From: Pelagibacteraceae bacterium
GTDB lineage: Bacteria > Pseudomonadota > Alphaproteobacteria > HIMB59
Direction: 5' to 3'
DNA: 64,000 nt
Assembly: GCA_019651435.1 (NCBI GenBank)
Contig: BOYI01000003.1
Coordinates: 30,945-94,944 of the forward strand
Shown: in pieces, positions 24,053 to 34,820 of the stretch
How positions within the stretch are numbered: position 1 is the stretch's first letter
Layout: the number at the start of each line of letters is the position of its first letter
Notes under the pieces: generated by a model
What the model was told of the DNA's origin: nothing
Seen by the model: only the letters and a program-made list of their open reading frames with translations
The model's database searches: none
Program-made: the position numbers and the translations under genes

Positions 24053-25152
24053 TTAGTTCAATTTTTGACTAATAATCCCTCCACCAAGCACCCTATCTTG
24101 ATCATAAAGGACGCAGGCTTGACCTTTTGTAATCGCTTCTGCTGGTTCGTCAAATTTGAAAGAGTATATTTGTGATTTTTTAATGAGTTTTCCTTTCATT
24201 GGCTCGGACAAAGATCTGATTTTAGCACTACAAGATATTTGTAATTCAGGTTTACTAAAATCAAACTCTGGCATGATAAAGTTCATATTATCAAGAAGCA
24301 AAGAAGTGCCTAAGAGGTCTTTTTTATCACCTACAACAATTTGATTGGTCTCTTTTAAAATATCAATGACATATAGAGGTTCGTTACTTGAAACCCCAAT
24401 GCCTCTTCTTTGACCAACAGTGAAATTTTGTATACCTTCGTGATGAGATAAAACTTTCCCATGAAGATCGACAATTTCACCTTTTTTTTTATGAGATTTT
24501 AAAAATTTTTTATAATCCCCGTCTGGAATAAAACAAATATCCTGACTATCTTTTTTGTTAAAGACAACTAATCCAATTTCTTCAGCAATTTTTCGCGTCT
24601 GCTCTTTGGGAATATCACCTAATGGAAATCGTAAATAGTCTAGTTGATCTTGGGTCATAGAGAATAGGAAATAACTTTGATCTTTAGATTTATCTTCAGC
24701 TCGATACATGAGCGCATTTTCAGTTTTACCTTTTCTTTTAATATAATGACCAGTGGCCATACAATCGGCATCAAGTTTTTTTGCAAATCCTAATAAATCT
24801 CTGAATTTAACAGTTTCATTACATTTAACACATGGGATCGGCGTTTCTCCATTCTCATATGATTGAATAAAATAATCAATCACATCTTCTTTAAATGTTT
24901 TCTCATAATTAAAAACATAATGAGGTATATCCAATTTTTGAGCCACTCTTCTGGCGTCATATATATCAATACCAGAACAACAAGATCCTTTCTTAGCTGA
25001 ACTATTAGATGAGTATAATTGCAAAGTAATTCCAATGACGTTGTAACCTTCTTTTTTAAAAGACCTGCGGTCACAGAACTATCGACGCCTCCAGACATGG
25101 CGACCACAACAGTAGTTTCAGATGGATCTTTATTAAATCCTAATGAGTTCAT
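24053..25152 (-). CDS. mnmA: tRNA-specific 2-thiouridylase MnmA (frameshift near 25055)
   Basis: [44 protein letters not shown]. Confidence 0.95.
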
Positions 25153-25202
25153 TATTACCTTGCTTTTTTAACTAAAATTAATTTAAAATCTCGGCTTTAA
25201 TT

Positions 25203-25841
25203 ATGCCAGAAGTATTTATACAAGGTGGTGAAGGTAAACTTCAAGCAAAATACTCACCAAGTGAGGAAGAAAAACCTAATATAGCCATCGTACTACATCC
25301 AAACCCTAAACACGGCGGAACTATGGACTCCAAAGTGAATTATGCGGCCTTCAAAGTTATGAAAGAGGCTGGTTTTTCTACTCTTAGAATAAATTTCAGA
25401 GGAGTGGGCAAAAGTGATGGAGCTTTTACCGAGGGAGAAGGAGAATTAAACGATGCAAGTGTTTCTCTTGACTGGCTACAAAAGAAAAATGAAGATTTCA
25501 GATCCTGTTGGATAGTTGGTTTTTCTTTTGGTGCATGGATAGGATTTCAAACTCTTATGAGAAGACCTGAAGTTGATGGTTTAATATTAATAGCTCCGCC
25601 TGTTAACTTATATGATTTTAATTTTTTATCACCCTGTCCTATCAAAACAATGATTATTAGAGCAGAGCAAGATGAAATTGTAAAAAAAGATAGTTTAAAA
25701 GAATTTTTTGAAACCTTTAAAAAACAAAAAAATGCAGAGGTTTCTTTGGAAACAATCTCTAAAGCCAATCATTTATTTGAAGGTAAGTTAGATCCATTGA
25801 TGGGTACTATGACTAAATATATTAATAAGCATAAGCTTTAA
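25203..25841 (+). CDS. Alpha/beta hydrolase conserved next to Fe-S gene clusters in Alphaproteobacteria
   Basis: MPEVFIQG, HPNPKHGGTM, FRGVGKS, GFSFG nucleophile elbow, ANHLF. Confidence 0.85.
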   Translation: MPEVFIQGGEGKLQAKYSPSEEEKPNIAIVLHPNPKHGGTMDSKVNYAAFKVMKEAGFSTLRINFRGVGKSDGAFTEGEGELNDASVSLDWLQKKNEDFRSCWIVGFSFGAWIGFQTLMRRPEVDGLILIAPPVNLYDFNFLSPCPIKTMIIRAEQDEIVKKDSLKEFFETFKKQKNAEVSLETISKANHLFEGKLDPLMGTMTKYINKHKL

Positions 25842-26887
25842 CATCTCTCACCTAAATACACTTCTCTTTTGATTCCTGTAGTTGATGTAAAGGTTGATTT
25901 CTTTTTATTTAAAAAACGAATTGAGAGTAATGCCATTCCTTGAGACTCAATATAATCTCCATCTAGACCATATTCATCAATTGAATGGACATCTTTAAAG
26001 TGTTGTCTAAATAATTTTTGTAAAGTTAGGTTTTTTCTCCCACCTCCACATAGTATAATCGTAGGATCAGTATCAAAAATTAATTTATCAATTGATAAAG
26101 GAATAATTTTTAAGAGACTATTAATAATATTTTCAGTTTTATCCATAGCCTGTAATTGTTCTAGATATTTATGGAAATAATTTCTATCAAGTGTTTTAGG
26201 AAGAGTTCGTGAAAAAAATGGATCACTTAAAATAAGATCAATGATAGATTCATTTACTAAACCTTGGCCTGAGATATAGCCATCTTCATCCATCTCAAAA
26301 TTAAATTTCTTTTTAATCAAATCATTTACAAGTGCATTCCCAAATGAAGTGTCACCAGCAAATATTCCTTCTTGATTGATAATGGTAATGTTTGTCACCC
26401 CTCCAATATTTACAAAGACAGAATTTTTATTATTAAGTTTTTGATGAATGAGTTGGTGATATATAGGAATAATAGGTGCTCCAAATCCTCCATTTAAAAG
26501 ATCGTTTTTTCTAAAATTACAAATAACTGGAATTGAGTTATTTAGATTTAATTTTTTATCAAACAACTGAATGGAAATTTTTGTTTTATCATCGTGAAAA
26601 AGCGTTTGTCCATGAATTCCAATGACATTAACTTCATATTTTTTATTTGAGTCTATAAATTGTTGGATAGTCCTAGAGTATTCTATAGACAACTGAGAGG
26701 CGATTTTAGGATCAGTTAAATAGCCTCTTTGGATAACTTGATGAAGGTTATTTTTTAACTCTTTAGAGTATGGATGAAAATAATTCATAATCTCTTCTGA
26801 GTAAGTCTCACCATCGGACCGAATTAAACTAAGGTCTATTCCATCTAATGATGTTCCAGACATGCAACCAAGAGCAATATAATCCAT
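25838..26887 (-). CDS. anmK: Anhydro-N-acetylmuramic acid kinase
   Basis: GCMSGTSLDGID, GIHGQTL, GGFGAP, NIGGVTN, CGGGRKN. Confidence 0.9.
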   Translation of the reverse strand: MDYIALGCMSGTSLDGIDLSLIRSDGETYSEEIMNYFHPYSKELKNNLHQVIQRGYLTDPKIASQLSIEYSRTIQQFIDSNKKYEVNVIGIHGQTLFHDDKTKISIQLFDKKLNLNNSIPVICNFRKNDLLNGGFGAPIIPIYHQLIHQKLNNKNSVFVNIGGVTNITIINQEGIFAGDTSFGNALVNDLIKKKFNFEMDEDGYISGQGLVNESIIDLILSDPFFSRTLPKTLDRNYFHKYLEQLQAMDKTENIINSLLKIIPLSIDKLIFDTDPTIILCGGGRKNLTLQKLFRQHFKDVHSIDEYGLDGDYIESQGMALLSIRFLNKKKSTFTSTTGIKREVYLGERC

Positions 26888-26920
26888 TTGATATCTAAAA
26901 AATTATGCTAAATATAATAT

Positions 26921-28122
26921 GTGTTTGATTATATACAGTTATTTAAAGATAGACATCTTTTCAATCAATGCACAAATGAAAAAGAATTAAACGAACTTTT
27001 AAATAAAAAGAAAGTTACATTCTATATTGGTTTTGATGCTACAGCTGATGCTCTTCATGCAGGTAGTTTAGTTCAATTAAGAGCCATCAAAACTCTTATT
27101 AAACACGGGCATAAAGCTATAGTATTACTAGGTGGTGGAACTACTAAAATTGGTGATCCGTCAGGTAAAGATAGTGCTAGAAAAATTTTAACCTATGATG
27201 AAATTCAAAATAATATTGATAATTTTAAAAGAATATTTGAACACTATTTTAGAGATCACAAAGAAAGTATAACGTTTATAAACAATGATGATTGGTTAAG
27301 TAATTTAAATTACATTGAATTGCTCAGAGATGTAGGTAGCCATTTATCCATCAATAGAATGTTAACCTTTGAGAGCGTTAAAGAGAGATTAAAAAGAGAA
27401 CAATCCCTTTCTTTTTTAGAATTTAATTACATGGTTCTACAAAGCTATGATTTCTTCATTTGAACTTGCATCATCAATGTGACTTGCAAATTGGTGGTTC
27501 TGATCAATGGGGAAATATTGTTTTAGGTATGGAAATTATATCTAAGATAAATAAGAAAGATGCACATGGCTTAACAACACCTCTTTTAACCACGTCTTCT
27601 GGAAAAAAAATGGGAAAAACAGAACAAGGGGCTGTATGGATTGATCAACAAAAATATAGTTCTTATGATTTTTATCAGTACTGGAGAAACGTAGATGATA
27701 GTGACGTTGAGAAATTATTATTAATTTTCAGTGATTTAGAACAATCCGAAATTAAAGATTTAATAGCAAAAGATATTAATAATGCTAAAAAACGTCTTGC
27801 TTACTTAGTAACAACTGACTGTCATTCAGAAAATTCAGCTCAAGAAGCTGAAAATAAAGCAGTTTCTATATTTGAAAAAAAATCTCATGAAGACTTAGAG
27901 GAAATCGTCTTTGAAAATAAACAAGATATTAAAATTATAGATGCTCTTATTACCCACAAGTTAGTTCCATCAAAATCTGAAGCAAAAAGACTAATTGAGG
28001 GTGGAGGAATTAAAATCAATGACGATCAGATAAAAGATTTTAATTTTAATCTTAGCCAATCTAATCATGATGACATTTTAAAAATTGGTAAAAAAAAATT
28101 ATTTAAAATTAAATTTAATTAG
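26921..28122 (+). CDS. tyrS: Tyrosine--tRNA ligase (frameshift near 27455)
   Basis: YIGFDATADALHAG (HIGH), QIGGSDQWGNI, KMGKT (KMSKS), C-terminal S4 domain. Confidence 0.95.
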
Positions 28123-29131
28123 TCAGTAAATCAGAAATCGCTTTATTAATAAAATCTAAATCAGACTTGGTTTTACCCGCACCTGCATAGTGACCAAAAT
28201 CTGAAGGTATTGTTCTGAGCTCCCCATTTTTGATATCTCTTAATTCAATTTCATTATCCTCAGGTGGAAAATATAAATCGTTAATACCTGGCATTAATAT
28301 TGATTTTGCTGTTATAGAATTAAGAGCCAATGAAATATTTTTATTAAATTTTTCATTATTGCTGATGTCATGTTCTTGCCATGTTCTCATCATTGCGATT
28401 AAGTCATTCGCATCTCTATGATAATAGATTTTATTCCATAATTTATCTAAGACTTCTGAGGGGTTTTTATAACCATCATTTAAGTAGTTTTTATTACGAT
28501 ACCAATTTTGACCATGAGCCCACCCTGCCCATACTCTTGCCATAGTTGTTTTTCCTTTTTCCGGTTGTCTTTCATAATTTCCATTATTCCACTCAGGATC
28601 AGAAGTTAAAGCTGCATAAACTCCCTCTAAAAAACAAATGTATGATCAGTTGTTTTTGCATGTCCACACATAGAAATCATATTTTTAACCATATCTGGAA
28701 AATAAGAAGCCCATTGAAAGGCTTGTTGCCCGCCCATGGACCATCCAATGACCAACTTTAATTCATTAATGTCAAATACATCATTTAGAAGTTTTTTTTG
28801 GGCACAAACATTGTCAAAAATTGTAATTAATGGAAAATTTGGACCAGAAAAATTACTCTGCAGTATTACTTGGAGATGAAGAAACACCATTACAGAACAT
28901 ATTCGGTATGATGATAAAGTAATCATTAGGGTTAATTGGATAATCTTTATCGATCAAATAGCCTTGTTCAAGATGGGTTCCTGCATACCTTGTTGGAAAA
29001 AGAATTACATTAGATTTTTCAGCATTCAAATTTCCAAACGCTAAATAATTTAAATCTAAATCTATTTTAATTCCTGATTTTAATTGAAAATTTTCAAGGC
29101 GAAAATTCTTTAACTGCTCTTTTTCTACCAA
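28115..29131 (-). CDS. MetX (homoserine acetyltransferase)-like alpha/beta hydrolase, function unknown (frameshifted)
   Basis: Joined fragments: NVILFPT, GWSMGG (Ser), DLYFPP (Asp), FGHYAG (His); starts immediately after the stop of the upstream GS-like gene. Confidence 0.75.
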
Positions 29132-30530
29132 TTAAAATAACTTTAAATATTCTTTAATTTCCCAATCAGTCGTCGTTGTATGATATCGAGACCACTCATC
29201 ATATTTGTATCCAATAAAGTTATTAACCATAGCTTTAGAGAAAACTTGAGGTACTAATTTATCCTCTGCAAAAGCGTCTACAGCTTCAAGCAAGTTTCTT
29301 GGGAGACTAGTTACTTCTTTTTTTTCTTTTTCAGTTAAATCATACAAACTTTTATTAGTAGCTTTTGGTGGTTTCATATTTTTGTCAATTCCCTCTGTAA
29401 CTGCTGCTGCTAGTAAAGAAAATGTGAGGTAAGGATTTTGAGTTAAGTCTGAGGCTCTATTCTCTACACAGTATCTATTTTGAGGCAATCTAATCATCGC
29501 TGATCTGTTATTACTTCCATAAGTCATATGAGTTGGGGCCCAAGTGTGCCTTCCTCCATCCAACCCTTCCACCGTAGGTACGAAACCGTTATAGGAATTC
29601 ACAGTAGGGCAAGCAAGTGCTGTAATAGCTGCTCCATGTTTTAAAATTCCAGCAACAGCATTATATGCTTTAGATGAAAATTTATCTCCGTCTTTATAAA
29701 TATTGTTATTCTTCTTTTTTATTGAGGCTACGCTATGGTTGATATGAGCTCCTGAACGCCAATCACTGATTGTTGTTTTGGGCATAAAGGATACAAAATA
29801 TCCATATTTTTTTGCTATTTCCTTCAATAGAACTCTTAGAAAGACAAATCTATCCGCCATTCCAAGTATGTCTGTATACCCAAAATCTAATTCATATTGG
29901 CCATAAGCTCCCTCAGCAACTACGTCATGAAGATCCCATTTTAGATCATTGTTTAGAATATCAATAATCTCTTTTAAAAAATGCATACCGTCGATCGAAT
30001 ACTCAGAGTCATATCCAAATGCCTGTCTTCTAAGAGGTATCGGATCCCTGTCAATAGCTTTTACTGGTTTATCACCTTCCCATTTCATCAAAAAAAACTC
30101 AGGCTCTATTCCTACATAAAATTTTAAATCAGACTTTGCGGATTTTTGAATTTGTTTTTTTAATGTAAGACGTGGGCACACATCATAGGGTCTGTCATTC
30201 CAATACAAATCAGCAAATACCCATGCGCATGTCTTATCCCATGGACATATCATTAAACTATCTAAATCAGGAACTGGTATCTGATCATTATCTGCTGGGG
30301 TTAGTTCAGGGACAAAATGATACTGAATGCACAGCAAATTGTGGGCCTTTACCCATACATAAATCTTCAAAATCAGAAATTGGCATAGGTTTAGTCTTTG
30401 GACTTCCTAAAAAATCAATCCAATTAGAGTAAATGTATTTAACTCCTTTGGATTCTAATTTCTTTTTTAAATCTCTTACTTTTTTAATGCTAGGTAAAGC
30501 ATCTTTGATATGGTCTTTATAAACTCCCAC
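29132..30530 (-). CDS. Glutamine synthetase-family ligase (GlnT/GmaS-like, divergent; frameshift near 30315)
   Basis: GIEPEFF, GQYEL, SGAHINHS, NNRSAMIR, VENR, NPY motifs. Confidence 0.85.
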
Positions 30531-30670
30531 TTTGTCACTCCAATAAATTAATTTTCTTTTTAATTATATTTTCATAATGTAAAAATACCATTACATAATG
30601 AATATTAGTTATTTTAAAAAATCATGGATTAGATTTTATAAAAGAGGTTTTATGACTGGCTTTTTTTATA

Positions 30671-30847
30671 ATGACATTCATATTGGTTGTTGATCAATTT
30701 TTAGCAAACCCCTTATTTTTTAGCAAAATAACTAGCTTAGATGTATTCTTATTTATCCTATCTACAATTTTTTTTGGCTCAATTTTCTGTGGAATATTAT
30801 CTTTGATATTTCTTGTGTTTGTTGTTGTGGCAACAAAAGAAAAATAG
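30671..30847 (+). CDS. Small hydrophobic hypothetical protein (true start may lie upstream, ~30624-30652, across a frameshift)
   Basis: Manual translation MTFILVVDQFLANPLFFSKITSLDVFLFILSTIFFGSIFCGILSLIFLVFVVVATKEK; fills the gap between two minus-strand genes. Confidence 0.45.
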   Translation: MTFILVVDQFLANPLFFSKITSLDVFLFILSTIFFGSIFCGILSLIFLVFVVVATKEK

Positions 30848-31583
30848 CTAAGTACTTTTCAACCAATTTTCAATCTCAAGCTTTCTATTAAAATAATTTT
30901 CTTGCTCAAGTTGACTTAATAAAATCAATCTATTATCAAATTCATCATTGTTGAAAATTTTTAAGTAATTTTTTTTCCAATAATTCATTAATTTCCCAAT
31001 AAAATTAAAAGGTAATTCAGGGTGATATTGAGTGCAAAAAAATTTTTTATTTTTATGAGAAATCGATTGTATTGAAATTTCATTTTGTGAGATTATTTCA
31101 AATTCAGAATTAATTTTTTCTAAATGATCGTAATGATGACCTGGTGCAGTGAAATAATTTTTTTTGTTTTTCATAGACATAGTGATTTTTAATTATTTCT
31201 ATATTTTCAGCAAAACCAAATTCAAATTTTTCAGTTTTGGTAATTTTATCTCCATAACAAGTCGCTATAACTTGAAGACCCCAACAACTACCCCATAAAG
31301 GTTTATCTAATTTCAAAATTTTTTCACAAACTTTTAATTGGTTTTGATTATGTTGATTAGATAAATAAATATTTCCCAAACCACCTGTCCACATAAAGAC
31401 ATCATAGTCGTCATATGAAAAACTATTAATGTCATCTAAATAAGTATGGAGGACCCTAACCTCAGCATTAGGGTCTGTTTGTGTAATTATTTCTTTAAAA
31501 AAAGTATACTGAAATTGACTATTTGCCTTTTCATGTTCTAGATCATGGGACTCGTCCATGCCATTAACAATCAAATATTTCAA
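30848..31583 (-). CDS. Class I glutamine amidotransferase-like protein (possible gamma-glutamyl-amide hydrolase; frameshifted)
   Basis: WTGG, GSCWGLQ (nucleophilic Cys), QYHPE (His-x-Glu). Confidence 0.8.
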
Positions 31584-31586
31584 ACT

Positions 31587-31757
31587 TTATTTATTAAATT
31601 TTGAGAATTTTTTTAAAATGAAATCGTTATCTCTTTTTGCGATTTTTCTAAGGATAAAGAACATAAAGACTATCCAAAGAACACCTGCAATAATTCTGTT
31701 TTCTAAAACAAAACTTACTGCACTTTGAAAAATATAATTTGTTGTAGTGTAATCCAT
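31587..31757 (-). CDS. Small single-TM hypothetical protein (56 aa)
   Basis: Manual translation MDYTTTNYIFQSAVSFVLENRIIAGVLWIVFMFFILRKIAKRDNDFILKKFSKFNK. Confidence 0.45.
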   Translation of the reverse strand: MDYTTTNYIFQSAVSFVLENRIIAGVLWIVFMFFILRKIAKRDNDFILKKFSKFNK

Positions 31758-31767
31758 TTTAATTATT

Positions 31768-31796
31768 AATTGACGGGGCGATAAGCCCCGTCAATT
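31768..31796. terminator. Intrinsic terminator hairpin after the amt-small ORF unit
   Basis: Perfect 12-bp inverted repeat AATTGACGGGGC-gataa-GCCCCGTCAATT. Confidence 0.8.
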
Positions 31797-31807
31797 TTAT
31801 GATATTT

Positions 31808-31981
31808 TTACTTGGTTTTCTTCGCTGTATCTGACTCGTGACGTGCTGCTAAAGCTGTAACAAGCACAAGTAAGGCAATACATAGAAGTGTCCAGAAAAT
31901 TAAAGTACCTTCGCTGTTAGCAGATGTAAAATAAGCATCTACACCTTCCCAGCTATTTTCAGGTCCTGGCCATGAATTCAT
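31808..31981 (-). CDS. Small single-TM protein (57 aa) co-transcribed with amt
   Basis: MNSWPGPENSWEGVDAYFTSANSEGTLIFWTLLCIALLVLVTALAARHESDTAKKTK; RBS GAAAGGA upstream; 20 bp after the amt stop; followed by a terminator. Confidence 0.7.
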   Translation of the reverse strand: MNSWPGPENSWEGVDAYFTSANSEGTLIFWTLLCIALLVLVTALAARHESDTAKKTK

Positions 31982-32001
31982 GTTTAAGTTCCTTTCTTAT
32001 A

Positions 32002-33282
32002 CTATTGAGCTGTCGCTCTAAGTCCTAATTCAGCACTGTCAATTCCAGCTTTTTGAACTGCATCTGGTACGCGTAACCAACCCATCATCTTCATGACAAA
32101 TGATATACCGTAACCAGGCACAAAGCCCACTAAGAACATGACAATACAACCAACGATTTGTCCACCTAAGCTTGTAGGCGGAATATCACCTGCAGCTGGG
32201 TAGCCAGAAGCAAATAATCCCATTGCTATGACACCCCAAATACCGGCAACACCGTGAACAGAGATAGCTCCTACTGGATCATCAATTTTGAAGACGCTAT
32301 GTAACCAATTATTCGCAGGAATAATAATTACACCGCCAACAAAACCGAGAACAAAAGCTAATCCTGGATACCAAACATCAAGACCTGAGGCACATGAGAA
32401 TATACCTGCAAGACCACCTGACATCATCCAGAATGGATTACCTTTACTCATCCAGAAAGCGCCAATCATACCACCGGCAAGTCCCATTAAAGTGTTGAAT
32501 GCAAAAGATGACAATGTTGCTGGGGCACCATAAATGTTTACCCATCCACCAAAGTCAGCACCTGCCCAAATTAAACAACCACCGAGGAAACCGAAGAAAC
32601 CAACGATAATCATTAGTAAGCCAATAAATGAGAACCTTAAGTCGTGACCCTCAATCTCATTAGCTGATCCATCAGCATTATATTTGCCAACTCTAGGACC
32701 AAGATTTAGAACAACACCGAATGCAAACCAACCAGCAATCATGTGTACTACACCCGCTGCTCCAACATCGTGATATCCGAAACCAGTTACTAACCATCCA
32801 TCTGGATGCCAGCCCCATGACGCGCCTAAGATCCATGCTACTGAACCTAATACTACTGCTAAGAATACAAATGCACTAATTCTAATTCTTTCTAGAACAG
32901 CTCCAGAGAAAACTGATGCAGTTGTACAAGCAAACAGAGTAAAGGCAGCCCAGAATACACCAGTTGCCTGATCACTAAGCATTGGTCCCATTGAAACATT
33001 CCATGGTGTTCCATAACCCTCTAAATCAATCGGGCTAAAACCCATTGGGAATGCTAAATAAATGTACCATCCAAATAACCAAAAAGTTGGTATCATGAAT
33101 GCGAACGCTAAAAGATTTTTTACAGCAGAAGAAACAGCATTTTTATATCGAGATGCTCCAACCTCATACATTAAAAAACCAACGTGAATTGCGATCATTA
33201 AAGCAGTACACCACCAGTAGTATGCTTCCATAGCTACATTGGCCTGCGTGGTCACAAACACTTCTAGTTCTTCAAGTGTCAT
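32002..33282 (-). CDS. amt: Ammonium transporter (Amt) family protein, atypical pore
   Basis: SGAVLER, HDVGAAGVVH, LGPRVGK, DDPVGAISVHG (twin His retained); about 11 TM segments. Confidence 0.9.
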   Translation of the reverse strand: MTLEELEVFVTTQANVAMEAYYWWCTALMIAIHVGFLMYEVGASRYKNAVSSAVKNLLAFAFMIPTFWLFGWYIYLAFPMGFSPIDLEGYGTPWNVSMGPMLSDQATGVFWAAFTLFACTTASVFSGAVLERIRISAFVFLAVVLGSVAWILGASWGWHPDGWLVTGFGYHDVGAAGVVHMIAGWFAFGVVLNLGPRVGKYNADGSANEIEGHDLRFSFIGLLMIIVGFFGFLGGCLIWAGADFGGWVNIYGAPATLSSFAFNTLMGLAGGMIGAFWMSKGNPFWMMSGGLAGIFSCASGLDVWYPGLAFVLGFVGGVIIIPANNWLHSVFKIDDPVGAISVHGVAGIWGVIAMGLFASGYPAAGDIPPTSLGGQIVGCIVMFLVGFVPGYGISFVMKMMGWLRVPDAVQKAGIDSAELGLRATAQ

Positions 33283-33496
33283 AATTAAATATCCTCTCTT
33301 AGTTTTTTCATTTTTATAAAAATAAAAAGATTAAGAATCAATTACCTAATCTTCTTAAAGGATTTTACTTTGTTAATTACTCATTTATAATGATAAATAC
33401 AAAATATGAGGAGCAAATTTCATTAAAAAACAAAATAAAATCAGTGTTTTTTAAGCATATGCAAGATTTGCATACATATAAAAGAGGAGTTTAAAA

Positions 33497-34801
33497 ATGA
33501 CAGTCAATCTTCATCAGTTTGCCAAAAAAAATGGCGTGAAATATTTTTTTGTTAGTTTCGTCGATCTGTTTGGTGTTCTCAGATCCAAGCTTGTTCCAGC
33601 AACAGCTATAGATGAAATCCAATCTGAAGGTGCTGGATTTGCAGGTTTTGCAACTTGGCTTGATATGTCTCCTGCCGACTCAGATATGTTCGGAATGCCG
33701 GATGGAGATAGTGTTATCCAATTACCTTGGAATAAAGAAATTGCTTGGGTGGCATCTGATCTTTATATGGACGGAAAACCCGTAGAAGCCTCTCCTAGAA
33801 TTGCACTTAAACGTCAAATTGAAAAAGCATCAAAAAAGGTCTTTATATGAAATCAGGTGTAGAATGTGAATTTTTCCTAGTCAGTCAAGATGGTACGGCT
33901 TTATCTGATGACAAGGATATCCAATCTAAACCGTGTTATGACTCTGCAGCTTTAATGAGAAGGTATGATGTTATCACTGAAATTTGTGACTCTATGATTT
34001 CTTTAGGTTGGGCTCCCTATCAAAATGATCATGAAGATGCAAATGGGCAGTTTGAAATGAATTGGGATTTCTCTGATTGTTTAATTACAGCTGATAGACA
34101 TGCTTTCTTTAAGTTCATGGTAAAATCAATTGCTGAAAAACATAATTTACGTGCAACTTTTATGCCTAAACCTTTTACACACCTAACAGGAAATGGCTGT
34201 CATTGCCACGTATCCGTATGGGATAAATCAGGAAAGAAAAATATGTTTTTAGATAAAAAAGATGAATTAGGATTATCTAAAACAGGTTATAACTTTCTTG
34301 GAGGAATTATGGAAAGTGCAGATAAAATGGCTGCAGTATTTAACCCCACTATCAACTCTTATAAAAGAATTAACGGAAGTGTGACTACTTCAGGTGCAAC
34401 TTGGTCTCCAAGTTCAATTACATGGGCTGGTAATAACAGAACCCATATGGTCAGAGTTCCAGGTGCTGGAAGATTTGAGCTAAGGTTGATGGATGGTGCC
34501 ACTAATCCTTACCTACTCCAAGCTGGTATTATGCTTCTTGGACTTGACGGTTTAAATAACAAAAGAGATCCAGGAAAAGATTAGATATCAATATGTACAC
34601 AGAGGGTCACAAGGCGGGAAAAGTGAAAAACTCCATCTAAACCTTCTAGATGCTATTAGAGATTTCGATAAATCAAAAATCATAAGAGCAGGTTTTGGGG
34701 ATGAGTTAGTAAATAGTTATGTAAAACTTAAAAACCAAGACTGGTCTACCTTTAACAAACACTTATCATCTTGGGAAAGAGAGACCACTTTAGATTGCTA
34801 G
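33497..34801 (+). CDS. gmaS: Gamma-glutamylmethylamide synthetase (GlnT-type; frameshifts near 33835 and 34580-34630)
   Basis: RSKLVPATAI...GAGFAGFATWLD, PCYDSAALMRRY, QNDHEDANGQFEMNW, TGNGCHCH, SGATWSP, NNRTHMVR, TTLDC terminus (all typical of GmaS); RBS AGAGGAG. Confidence 0.88.
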
Positions 34802-34820
34802 TAGATTTATCACCGAAGTA

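Noticed and set aside
16790-27470. TGA codons ending thrS (~16806) and tyrS (~27461) fragments as possible selenocysteine or recoding
   Set aside because: The proteins continue in a different frame, so these are indels, not in-frame stops; TGG is used normally for Trp.
28115-29131. Genuine metX (methionine biosynthesis)
   Set aside because: It lacks the HALTG and NVLGGC motifs typical of MetX and sits in an amine-catabolic context; only the fold is supported.
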